DNA of 64,000 nt from an uncultured Methanomicrobiaceae archaeon (GTDB taxonomy: Archaea > Halobacteriota > Methanomicrobia > Methanomicrobiales > Methanoculleaceae): NCBI GenBank assembly GCA_963826525.1, contig CAWGXH010000003.1, positions 512,001 to 576,000 on the forward strand. The letters are read 5' to 3'. Shown here piece after piece: positions 54,846 to 64,000 of the stretch (its first letter is position 1; each line of letters opens with the position of its first letter). The notes below the pieces were generated by a model. The model searched no databases and was not told the DNA's origin. It saw only the letters and a list, made by a program, of their open reading frames with translations. A program made the position numbers and the translations under genes.

Positions 54846-56264
54846 ATGGATGACCGATCCGACCCTCTATCCCGCCGCATCTTCAGAAAGAAATCCATCC
54901 GGCAGCTGATGGAGAGTGCGGAAGGAGAGCATGCTCTGAAGCGGGTACTGAACCCGTTCGAACTCATTCTCTTCGGCATCGGAGCCGTTGTCGGGACGGG
55001 TATCTTCGTGATCACGGGGGTTGCCGCGGCGGACTACGCGGGGCCTGCGCTCGTCGTCTCGTTTATCATCTCGGGTATCGTCTGCCTCTTCGCCGCCCTC
55101 TGCTATGCGGAGTTCGCAGCGATGGTGCCGGTTGCAGGGAGCGCCTACACCTACAGTTACGCATCCCTCGGGGAGATCTGGGCCTGGATCATCGGGTGGG
55201 ACCTCTTCCTCGAATACTCGGTTGCCGTTGCCGCCGTCGCCATCGGCTGGTCGGGCTACGTCGTCAACCTCTTCCGGGAGCTCGGGATAACGCTCCCTGC
55301 CGCCCTGGTGAACCCCCCGGGGGTCGAGGGCGGGCTCGTAAACCTCCCCGCGATCCTGATCATCGCCGCGGTCACCGGCCTGCTCATCCTCGGAGTGAAG
55401 GAGAGCGCCCGGGTAAATACCGTCATCGTCATGATCAAAGTAGCGGTCATCCTCCTGTTCCTGTACCTGGGGTTCAGCCACATCGACCCGGCGAACTGGA
55501 ACCCATTTCTGCCCTTCGGGTGGGGCGGCGTCGTCACCGGGGCGGCCATCATCTTCTTCGCCTATATCGGATTCGATGCGGTCTCCACCACGGCCGAGGA
55601 GGTCAGAAACCCCCAGCGGGATCTCCCGATCGGGCTTTTGGGCTCGCTGCTCATCGCCACGGTACTCTACGTCGCGGTCGCCCTGGTGCTCACCGGCATC
55701 GTTCCCTACTCCACGTTGAACGTCCCCGCACCGGTCTCCTTCGCCCTCGACCAGATCGGCATCCCCTGGGGAGGAGCGCTCGTCTCCGTCGGGGCGCTCC
55801 TCGGGATCACCTCGGTGCTGCTCGTGCTCCTCTTCGGCCAGACCCGGATCTTCTTCGCCATGTCCCGCGACGGACTGCTTCCCCGGGCTTTCCGGAAGGT
55901 GCACCCGGTCTATCGGACGCCGGTGAACGTCACCCTGCTCGTCGGGCTGATCACCGCCGTCATCAGCAGTCTCCTCCCCCTGGAATCGGTTGCGGAACTG
56001 GTCAACATCGGAACACTCGCCGCGTTCATCATCGTCTCGGCCGGCGTCATCGTGCTGCGGCATACCAATCCCGACACGCCCCGGCCCTTCCGCGTCCCGC
56101 TCGTCCCGCTCATCCCGCTCCTGACCATCGTCTTCTGCGGCTACCTCATCCTCGCCCTGCCGACCGTCACGCATCTCCGGTTCGTGATATGGCTCCTGAT
56201 CGGACTGGTCGTCTATTTCGCCTACGCACATCGCAGGAGTGTCCTGGCGGAAGGTGCTGCATGA
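54846..56264 (+). CDS. APC-family amino acid permease (CAT/YfnA-like)
   Basis: GIGAVVGTGIFV, AGSAYTY, FFAYIGFDAVSTTAEE, QTRIFFAMSRDGLLP. Confidence 0.93.
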   Translation: MDDRSDPLSRRIFRKKSIRQLMESAEGEHALKRVLNPFELILFGIGAVVGTGIFVITGVAAADYAGPALVVSFIISGIVCLFAALCYAEFAAMVPVAGSAYTYSYASLGEIWAWIIGWDLFLEYSVAVAAVAIGWSGYVVNLFRELGITLPAALVNPPGVEGGLVNLPAILIIAAVTGLLILGVKESARVNTVIVMIKVAVILLFLYLGFSHIDPANWNPFLPFGWGGVVTGAAIIFFAYIGFDAVSTTAEEVRNPQRDLPIGLLGSLLIATVLYVAVALVLTGIVPYSTLNVPAPVSFALDQIGIPWGGALVSVGALLGITSVLLVLLFGQTRIFFAMSRDGLLPRAFRKVHPVYRTPVNVTLLVGLITAVISSLLPLESVAELVNIGTLAAFIIVSAGVIVLRHTNPDTPRPFRVPLVPLIPLLTIVFCGYLILALPTVTHLRFVIWLLIGLVVYFAYAHRRSVLAEGAA

Positions 56265-56348
56265 GAGGGCGGAAGAGCGGTATGTATCATTGGTTCATGC
56301 CCCTTTTTGACGATAGGATGAGACCTGTAATGCAGTGATACTCTTAGA

Positions 56349-56969
56349 ATGACAGAAGATATGCGAAAAACATGTGCCCGGGAACTGCGGAGTTTCTCCC
56401 GCCTCTCCGTCGCAAACATCGTCTTCGCCGCAATGGCGATGGCCTTCGGCGTGAGCGGGGCCGTCACCGGCATCACCGCCATGGTCGGTGCCGGAGAAAT
56501 CATCCCCGTTTCGTTCGTCTCTCTCCTGCTCGGGGGAGCTGCGTTCGTCGTCGGGATCCGCTGGATCCGGGAGAGCGCCCGGGTCCTGCACGATAGCAGC
56601 GATCTCCGGAGAGAGGCCAGGACGCTGGACGCGAGCAGCGACGAGGACGTCCTGCGGATCATGATCGGGATGATGGGGGTCTACCGCGACCGGAGGGTAA
56701 CCGTGGAGCGGATGATCCTGATCGCGAAGGTCGGCGGGGCCGTATTCCTGGGTCTCGGCGTATCGGACCTGGTCACCGCTCTCGGCGGCGCTCACGACCC
56801 CGTCGTCCTGTACGGGGGTTTCGTCGCCGCGGTGCTGAACATCGTCATCGGCGTCGCAGCGCTCCGCGTGTCCCTCCTCGTCGGGAGATACCGTGCCGCG
56901 TGGGAAGCGCGCCTCCGAGAGAGTGCGAAGGCAGAGGCCGCATTGACCGCGACGATGGAGCAGGATTGA
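56349..56969 (+). CDS. Hypothetical 4-TM membrane protein
   Basis: Intact ORF with four hydrophobic segments. Confidence 0.6.
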   Translation: MTEDMRKTCARELRSFSRLSVANIVFAAMAMAFGVSGAVTGITAMVGAGEIIPVSFVSLLLGGAAFVVGIRWIRESARVLHDSSDLRREARTLDASSDEDVLRIMIGMMGVYRDRRVTVERMILIAKVGGAVFLGLGVSDLVTALGGAHDPVVLYGGFVAAVLNIVIGVAALRVSLLVGRYRAAWEARLRESAKAEAALTATMEQD

Positions 56970-56970
56970 G

Positions 56971-57246
56971 ATGCGGGGCAGAAGGACACCCTACGAGATC
57001 TACTGGGAGATCCTCGTCTTCTGCAGGACGCCGCGGCTCTTTACGACGATCATCAATCGCTGCGACCTCAACTCCCGGCTGGGGCAGGAGTACCTCGCTT
57101 TCCTGACCGGGAAAGGCTACCTTGCGGTCGTCCGGGATGGCGAGAAGACCCTCTACAGGGCCACGGATCGGGCAGAGGAGTATCTCACCCAGTTCTCCAC
57201 GCTGTATAAGACGTTATTCGACGAGAATCCGGGGTTCAAACTGTAG
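56971..57246 (+). CDS. Archaeal winged-helix DNA-binding protein (HTH_45-like)
   Basis: RRTPYEIYWEIL...TTIINRCDLN...YLAFLTGKGYL...YRATDR. T-tract after the stop. Confidence 0.8.
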   Translation: MRGRRTPYEIYWEILVFCRTPRLFTTIINRCDLNSRLGQEYLAFLTGKGYLAVVRDGEKTLYRATDRAEEYLTQFSTLYKTLFDENPGFKL

Positions 57247-57339
57247 GCCGTTCTCTTTTTCTTCGTCTCCCGGAAAGGCGAAGACATGATCCGGGATCTG
57301 CGGTGCCGGTCCGGCGGGAAAAAATTGAGTTGGGATCGG

Positions 57340-58104
57340 TCACATTATGGGTGTAGCGTTCGGCGGCACGACGTACCAGGTGCCGTTGAACTGGAATAAA
57401 GCCTGCCCGACCGTTTCGCCCGGTTTCGTATCGCCGATGTAGGTATAGAGGGGCATCCCGTTATACGCGGTCTGCATCGCTCCGTCCGACCGCGTGAACG
57501 ACGTGAAGTTGTCCGGAGAGAGGTCCGACGGCGCGACGATCGACTGGGCGTAGAACGGTGGCCACAGCGCGAGACATCCACCCGTGCAGTTGCTCATGTC
57601 CTTGGATCGATGGTGAAATTATACAGGGTTGTTCCGTTGCTCATGGCGAGATAAGGTCCGAGCGTGCCGTTGTCCATGATCATCACGGTATAGTTCGGCT
57701 TCATCACGTACCAGATGCCCAGGAACCCGTTACCATTGGTCTCGCCGGCCTGAGTGTCGTTGTTGAAGGTGTATAGCGGCCAGCCCTGGTAGGCCGTCTG
57801 CGCACCGTTTGACGTGTTGATCGTGGCGAAATCGGATGCATTCAGGGGAGGACTGACATTGATCTGCCCTGCGTTGAACGGCGTCCACAGCCCGAGACAC
57901 TGCGGGGACGTGCAGGCGCTCGAATTGTTGCCCGGGACGTCCCGTGCGAAATACGTACAGCGTCATCCCGCTCTCATTGACCAGGTATGAACCCAGCGTG
58001 GTATTCGACGACACCTGCACGGTCGCCGCCGATGCCGACGCAGCCAGACTCAGGACAAAGAGCGCCGCGACGACGGCACAGATAATAATCCGTATGTTCT
58101 TCAT
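57340..58104 (-). CDS. Secreted repeat protein (COG4315 / Lipoprotein_15-like), frameshifted
   Basis: Signal peptide, LGSYLVNESGMTLY, repeats CxxLWxPF and QTAYxGxPLYT...D...GET.G. TATA-like AT run at 58150-58168. Confidence 0.8.
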
Positions 58105-58255
58105 ACTGCTCCACCTCCTTAGGGGCGAGGGGCACCATACCGATATGGGTATAAATACTTTTATATCGATTCAAAAATACTCCCTGATCGGCCGGAATAC
58201 GGCGATATCCTGGTGTTCCTTGAGTTTTCTGTCGGGGGCCATGAAATGCGGCCAC

Positions 58256-59662
58256 TCACGAGCCGCTGCTCGTTCTCTCTTTCACCAGGTGCCGCCGAAC
58301 AAGGTAGAGAGCGAGGATGACGGCAACGACGATCAGCCCCTCCGAGACGAGCAGCGCAGTCCGATACGCCGCGACCGTCGCCGCGGGGCTTCTGCCGAGG
58401 GAGAGCACCACGGTCACCGCCACCACGCTTGCGACGCTCACCCCGATTGCCGCGCCGATCTGCTGGGATGTCGTCAGCAGGCCGGCCGCAAGCCCCTGGC
58501 GCCCCGGCTCCACGCCGGTCGTCCCGGCAAGATTCAGGGAGACAACCGCCGAGACGAGACCCAGTGCAGCGACGTAGTAGGAGATCATCAGTACCACCAG
58601 CGAACTATCGAGACCGATGGTGGTAAGGCCGACGATGCCGATGCCGAAGAGGGCGAGCCCGATCGCCAGCATGGCCCTAAAACCGATCTTCCCGATGATG
58701 CGGGGAGCGATGGTTGCACCGGTGAGGCCTCCGAGACCCGCGGGCAGGAAGATCAGGCCGGTCACGATGGCGGAAAACCCTCTCACCTCCTGGAGGTAGA
58801 GGGTGATGATGAATACCAGGGCGGCGTTCGCCGCGAAGGTCAGGAACATGACCAGATCGGCGACGAAGATCGTCCGCCGCCGAAAGATATCCAGGGGGAC
58901 GAGGGGGATGCAGACCCTCCGCTCCACGTAGAGGAAACTGGCCCCGAGGATTACCGAAAGGATGAGGAGTCCCGCCACCTCCGGATACGGTTCGCCGGGG
59001 ACCGTGATCCGGGTGATCGCGTAGATGACGGTGATCACGGATGCGGTCACCAGCGCCGCACCCGTCACGTCGAAGCCTCCCTTCTGCCGGTTCTTCGGGG
59101 GGACGGGGATCATGAGATACCCGCCGACGAAGACCAGCAGACCGATGGGGACATTGACGAAGAAGACCCAGTGCCACGAGAGGAGACTGGTCAGAATTCC
59201 TCCCAGGATCACGCCGGTGGTAAAGCCGATCGCGGCCATCGAACTGAAGATGCCGAGCGCCCAGTTCCGCTCGCTCCCCTCCGCAAACGTCGTGGTAACG
59301 AGGGAGAGTGCGGAGGGAGCGAGCATGGCCGCCCCGATGCCCTGTGCTGCACGGGAGCTGAATATCACGACTGCCGAGGGAGCGAAGCCTCCGATCAGCG
59401 ACGCTGCGGAAAAAACGATCAGGCCGGCCAGAAATATTCTTTTTCTGCCGAAGAGATCGGAGCCCCGCCCCATCAGAAGCAGAAAACCGCCGAAGGTCAG
59501 GGCATACGCGCTCACCACCCACTGCAGCGCGGTAGGGGCCAGCTGGAACTGGGACTGGATCGAGGGAAGTGCGACGTTGACGACAGAGAAGTCGAGGACG
59601 ATCATGAGCTGGGCCAGGGAGAGCAGGATGAGGATCAGAAGCGATGTCTGTGATCGGGCCAT
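58256..59662 (-). CDS. DHA2 MFS transporter, copy 2 (intact)
   Basis: 468 aa from MARSQTS; highly similar to copy 1. Confidence 0.92.
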   Translation of the reverse strand: MARSQTSLLILILLSLAQLMIVLDFSVVNVALPSIQSQFQLAPTALQWVVSAYALTFGGFLLLMGRGSDLFGRKRIFLAGLIVFSAASLIGGFAPSAVVIFSSRAAQGIGAAMLAPSALSLVTTTFAEGSERNWALGIFSSMAAIGFTTGVILGGILTSLLSWHWVFFVNVPIGLLVFVGGYLMIPVPPKNRQKGGFDVTGAALVTASVITVIYAITRITVPGEPYPEVAGLLILSVILGASFLYVERRVCIPLVPLDIFRRRTIFVADLVMFLTFAANAALVFIITLYLQEVRGFSAIVTGLIFLPAGLGGLTGATIAPRIIGKIGFRAMLAIGLALFGIGIVGLTTIGLDSSLVVLMISYYVAALGLVSAVVSLNLAGTTGVEPGRQGLAAGLLTTSQQIGAAIGVSVASVVAVTVVLSLGRSPAATVAAYRTALLVSEGLIVVAVILALYLVRRHLVKERTSSGS

Positions 59663-59784
59663 CTTCCCACCGTCCGCGAGACGGCAACCATGAACGGTCG
59701 GTGGGTATATAAGAATGATGCACGGGGTGCACCTCTCTTCGTAGCAGGCGGTGAATCCCGGCCGTATTCTTCGCGGTGATACGA

Positions 59785-59990
59785 TGGCGGGGTCGGGTTC
59801 GGCGCCACGTTTCAGGGAGCGGTCTCCATCATCAACAGGATCGCCCCTTCCGAGCGCAGGGGCGATACGACGTCGTCGTTCTACGCCGTCTCCTACCTGG
59901 CCATCGGGGTTCCGATCATCGTTCTCGGCCTGCTGGCACAGTCCTTCAATCTTCCTGCCGCCGATATCGTCTGGATCGCCCGTATGCGTT
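59785..59990 (+). pseudogene. Fragment of a different MFS transporter C-terminus
   Basis: Reads GVGFGATFQGAVSIINRIAPSERRGDTTSSFYAVSYLAIGVPIIVLGLL; absent from the matching interval of copy 1. Confidence 0.6.
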
Positions 59991-60069
59991 CGGCGTTCGA
60001 GGAGGGATGATGCCGGCGACGGCCGGGAGATCGGCCCGCCATTATATAGCCGTGCGACCATCTCCGGGT

Positions 60070-60720
60070 ATGACGCTTCCGAGGGAGTTCTACGAACGGG
60101 ATGTCGTGAAGGTCGCGAAGGAGCTGCTGGGAAAGATGCTCGTGCACGAGACGCCCGAAGGAACCGCAGGCGGCAGAATCGTCGAGACGGAGGCATACGC
60201 TGGTCCCGATGACCGGGCATCGCACGCCTTCGGCAATCGCCGGACAGAACGAACGGAGGTTCTGTTCGGGCCGAAAGGGCATGCCTACGTCTACCGGATC
60301 CACGGAAAGTACTTCTGTTTCGATGTCACGAGCGGAAGCGTTCCCGGAAAACCGGAAGCCGTTCTGGTGAGGGCGATAGAACCCGTAACGGGCGTGGAAC
60401 TCATGGCGGAACGCCGGGGAATGCATGGAGCGCCGGCACCCGGGCTTGCCAACGGTCCGGGAAAGGTCTGCATGGCCCTGGGTATCTCGGGGAGGCAGAA
60501 CGGCGCCGACGTCTGCACGTCGTCTCTGCACGTCGATACCGGGACCGCCGTGGACGAAAGCGTTATCGTGCAGGCAAGACGGGTCAATGTCGACTATGCC
60601 GGCAGGTGGAAAGACTGCCCCTGGCGGTTCCTGATCGGCACCAGCGAGTACAGTCTCGAGGAAGGCCTGATGCCCCCCGAATCATTGTTCTCCGGCGGCA
60701 GCCGTGAGAAACCGGTGTAA
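60070..60720 (+). CDS. mpg: 3-methyladenine DNA glycosylase, copy 2 (homologous stop at about 60670 is out of frame by one indel)
   Basis: Same motifs as copy 1 (VETEAY, GHAYVY, AVLVRAIEP, PWRF). Confidence 0.9.
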   Translation: MTLPREFYERDVVKVAKELLGKMLVHETPEGTAGGRIVETEAYAGPDDRASHAFGNRRTERTEVLFGPKGHAYVYRIHGKYFCFDVTSGSVPGKPEAVLVRAIEPVTGVELMAERRGMHGAPAPGLANGPGKVCMALGISGRQNGADVCTSSLHVDTGTAVDESVIVQARRVNVDYAGRWKDCPWRFLIGTSEYSLEEGLMPPESLFSGGSREKPV

Positions 60721-60765
60721 GGTGTGAGAGCCCGCATGAGAAGCGATCGAGTGCAGAAGGGACCG

Positions 60766-63330
60766 ATGAAGGAGGATGAGGAATCCCCGGAGTTCCACGC
60801 AATTCCTATCGAAACCCTGCTCGCAGATCTCAAAACGTCGGCCGGCGGGCTCACGTCGGAGGATGCACGGCAGCGGCACGAGGTCTACGGCTACAACGAC
60901 ATCTCCCGGATCGAGCGGCAGCCGATTGTTATCCAGTACCTCGCACACTTCAAAAACCTCCTCGTGGTGATCCTCCTCATCGCCGCACTCGTCTCCGCCT
61001 TCGTCGGGCAGATCATGAGCGCGGCTATTATCGGGGTCATCATCGTCGCGAGCGTCACGCTGGATTTCTTCCAGCAGTACAAAGCGGAAAACGCCGCAGA
61101 CCTGCTCAGGCAGAAGATTTCGACCCTGGCAACGGTCACGAGAGACGGAAAACGGCAGGACGTCCGGATCTCCGAGCTGGTACCGGGGGATATCATCTCC
61201 CTCAGCGCGGGCGACATCGTGCCTGCGGATGCCCGGGTGCTCGAAGCCCGGGATCTGTTTGTGAACCAGTCCGTGCTGACCGGCGAGCCGTATCCCGTTG
61301 AAAAGGCTGCCGTACCGGAAGGGACCGAAGCGCCGGTTATCGAAGCTGCTGATTACATCTTTCTGGGCACGTCGGTCGTCAGCGGGACCGCCGCTGCGGT
61401 TGTCACCAGGATCGGTTCCGGAACCGAGTTCGGCAGGATTGCCCGGACCCTGGTTCAGCGTCCGCCCGAAACGGAGTTCGAACGGGGTCTGAAGCAGTTC
61501 AGCTACCTGATGACGCGGTTTGTGTTCTTTCTCGTGATCTTCGTCTTCTTTATCAACGCGCTCTTCAAACACAACGTCCTCGAAGCGCTTCTGTTTTCCA
61601 TCGCCCTTGCCGTGGGCATGACCCCGGAACTCCTCCCGATGATCCTCTCGCTGAACCTCTCTCAGGGCTCGATCGCGATGTCGAAGAAAGGAGCGATCGT
61701 CAAGCATCCGGAATCGATCCAGAACATCGGGAGTATGGACGTGCTCTGCACCGATAAGACCGGAACCCTCACCGAAAACACGATTGCGCTCGTCAAGCAT
61801 CTCGATCTCGAAGGGAACGACAGCGAAAAGGTCCTGGTGTATTCGTACCTGAACAGCGCCTTCCAGACCGGGCTCAAAAGCCCTCTCGACGAAGCAATCA
61901 TCAGGTACCGGCAGGTCGAGATCGCAGGCTACCGTAAAATCGACGAGATTCCCTTCGATTTTATCCGGAAACGATTGTCGATCGCCGTGACGGACGAATC
62001 CCGGACGATGCTCATAGCCAAGGGTGCGCCCGAGGAGATTCTTCAGGTCTGTTCGTCGGCCGAGCAGCACGGCGGCAGAACCGAGCCGCTGGACGACGAT
62101 GCGCGAGAGCGGGTAAACCGCCTGTACCATGCGCTCAGTGCGGACGGGTTCCGGACCCTCGCCGTCGGGTACCGTCCTCTTCCGAAGGAGGTCGCCGCCG
62201 TCTCCGTCGGCGACGAAACCGATATGGTCCTCCTCGGACTCATCGCTTTCATCGATCCGCCCAAGGAAAGTGCCCGCGAGTCCGTTCAGATGCTGATAGC
62301 GGCCGGAATCGAACCGAAGATCCTCACCGGGGACAACGAACTCGTAACCCGAAAGATCTGCGAATATATCGGGCTCGACGTGAAAGGCGTTCTCACGGGC
62401 GGCGGGATCGCTCACATGGATGACGAGGCTCTGGCACGGGTGGTGGAAGATGCGACCATCTTCGCCCGTACAAATCCCATCCAGAAAGACCGGGTAATGA
62501 ACGCTCTTCGGAGGAACGGCCATGTCGTCGGTTTCATCGGCGACGGGATCAACGACGCTCCGTCCATCCGATCGGCGGACGTCGGCATCTCGGTCGATAC
62601 CGCCGTCGATATCGCCAAAGAGTCGGCGGATATCATCCTGCTCGAACAGGACCTGCGCGTGCTCCACGACGGCGTGCTGGAGGGCAGGAAGACCTTCGGG
62701 AATACGACGAAGTACATCCTGATGGGAACCAGCTCGAACTTCGGCAACATGTTCAGTGTTGCCGGAGCATCGCTGTTTCTCCCGTTTCTCCCCATGCTGC
62801 CGATCCAGATCCTGCTCAACAACCTTCTCTACTCATCATCGCAGTTTGCAATCCCCACCGACAATGTCGACGCCGAGTACATCGCGACGCCAAAGACGTG
62901 GAATATGCGGTTCATTCAAAAATTTATCCTGGTATTCGGCCCTATCAGTTCGGTCTTCGATTTCATCACGTTCTTCATCCTCCTCTACCTCTTCAATGCC
63001 GACGCATCGCTCTTTCAGACCGCATGGTTCATCGAATCGATCTGCACCCAGACACTCGTCGTATTCGTGATCCGAACGAGGATAACGCCATTCTATGCAA
63101 GCAGACCCAGCCGTCTCCTGCTGGGGAGCATGGCGCTGATCGTCGTCGTCGCCTGTATCCTCCCCTTCACCGTCATCGGAAGCATCTTCGGGTTTGTCCA
63201 TCCGCCGATCTCGTTCTTCGCCGTCCTGGCCGGGCTCGTCGTCGGATACCTTATCGTTACGGACGTTGCGAAACGGTGGTTCTACCGGCGGTATACGCAC
63301 CTCTTCGAAAAAGGCGTATCACGGCGCTGA
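60766..63330 (+). CDS. mgtA: Mg2+-translocating P-type ATPase
   Basis: LTGE, AVGMTPELLP, DKTGTLT, KGAPE, TGDN, GDGINDAP, SSNFGNMFSV, FQTAWFIES. Confidence 0.92.
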   Translation: MKEDEESPEFHAIPIETLLADLKTSAGGLTSEDARQRHEVYGYNDISRIERQPIVIQYLAHFKNLLVVILLIAALVSAFVGQIMSAAIIGVIIVASVTLDFFQQYKAENAADLLRQKISTLATVTRDGKRQDVRISELVPGDIISLSAGDIVPADARVLEARDLFVNQSVLTGEPYPVEKAAVPEGTEAPVIEAADYIFLGTSVVSGTAAAVVTRIGSGTEFGRIARTLVQRPPETEFERGLKQFSYLMTRFVFFLVIFVFFINALFKHNVLEALLFSIALAVGMTPELLPMILSLNLSQGSIAMSKKGAIVKHPESIQNIGSMDVLCTDKTGTLTENTIALVKHLDLEGNDSEKVLVYSYLNSAFQTGLKSPLDEAIIRYRQVEIAGYRKIDEIPFDFIRKRLSIAVTDESRTMLIAKGAPEEILQVCSSAEQHGGRTEPLDDDARERVNRLYHALSADGFRTLAVGYRPLPKEVAAVSVGDETDMVLLGLIAFIDPPKESARESVQMLIAAGIEPKILTGDNELVTRKICEYIGLDVKGVLTGGGIAHMDDEALARVVEDATIFARTNPIQKDRVMNALRRNGHVVGFIGDGINDAPSIRSADVGISVDTAVDIAKESADIILLEQDLRVLHDGVLEGRKTFGNTTKYILMGTSSNFGNMFSVAGASLFLPFLPMLPIQILLNNLLYSSSQFAIPTDNVDAEYIATPKTWNMRFIQKFILVFGPISSVFDFITFFILLYLFNADASLFQTAWFIESICTQTLVVFVIRTRITPFYASRPSRLLLGSMALIVVVACILPFTVIGSIFGFVHPPISFFAVLAGLVVGYLIVTDVAKRWFYRRYTHLFEKGVSRR

Positions 63331-63506
63331 ACGACGGCAGGAACTGCCGTGCTGCACAATCCCCCAGGGATTCCCCACGGTTTTTCCTGCGGCGCAGCAA
63401 CCAGCATATTGCAGCAGTTTATTTTTGCGGTCGGCCGACCAGGATCGTCCAACACGGCAGTGCACCCACAATGCATATATACCAGGATAGCAGTCCATTC
63501 GTCCAT

Positions 63507-64000
63507 ATGTATAAAAGTATGCATATACTGGTCTGTCTTATTCTTCTGGCATTTCTGCTCCCGGTGGGAGTACTTGCCCAGACCAATGAGACAGGGGGGA
63601 ATGCAGACTGTTCCTCCCGAAGTTGTACAGTATGCCCAGGACTGGCCCCTGCCGAACCATGACTACAACAACTCGCGGGCCACCCTGGATTCGAACATCT
63701 CTTCGGCAACGGTTAAGGACCTTGGTGTATCGTGGGTCCACACCGTCCCCAGCGGCGCCAGCACCTTCGGGTCAATCTCCTGCACGCCGATCATCATGGG
63801 CGATACCGTCTACATGACCGACCTCGGGAACAACTTCCTGGCTCTGAACCGGACCACTGGCGACCTGCAGTGGCAGACCGTTGAGAACCTGGCCAACCTG
63901 GGTCCGAACGGCCCCTCCGTCGGTTACGGCAAGGTCTTCGGAAGCGCCTCCCCCTACGAGGTGGTGGCACTGGATCAGCAGACCGGCAAGGAGCTGTGGC
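63507..64000 (+). CDS. Secreted PQQ-binding-like beta-propeller protein, N-terminal part, frameshifted
   Basis: Signal peptide, then DWPLPNHDYNNSRA...PIIMGDTVY...ALNRTTGDLQW...VALDQQTGKELW. Runs off the window. Confidence 0.75.

Larger units (their letters stand above)
52317..60670. repeat. Diverged direct duplication of the MFS(-)/mpg(+) unit: 52317..54504 and 58256..60670
   Basis: Long near-identical nucleotide stretches in both genes and in part of the intergenic region (e.g. GATGCACGGG, ATCTCCGGGTATGACGCTTCCG). Confidence 0.9.

Overview
GC-rich archaeal sequence, most likely from a Methanomicrobiales methanogen (Methanoculleus-like). This assignment is inferred from the protein families (DUF3821/S-layer-like, PGF-CTERM, methanogen-type multi-PAS kinases) and from TATA-box promoters. 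Many genes are broken by 1-2 nt indels, probably long-read consensus errors, so gene models were rebuilt across frames. The window holds: (i) eight multi-PAS sensor loci that share modules and short near-identical patches, three of them ending in an HATPase-less HisKA-like tail; (ii) a complete Wsp/ACF-type chemosensory operon (cheW-cheR(TPR)-cheW-MCP-cheA/REC-cheB) whose output gene is a REC-PAS histidine kinase; (iii) defence-type genes: an orphan Dam-like methylase, a HEPN/MNT toxin-antitoxin pair beside a low-GC Mrr-like nuclease and a dsRBD-less RNase III, an HNH nuclease coupled to a HIT hydrolase, and a type IIG R-M relic; (iv) an NADP-type secondary alcohol dehydrogenase; (v) a duplicated divergent MFS/3-methyladenine glycosylase pair; (vi) a collapsed CheB-CheR relic with a 17-nt tandem repeat; and (vii) assorted transporters and surface proteins. 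No CRISPR array, rRNA, tRNA or transposase was recognised.
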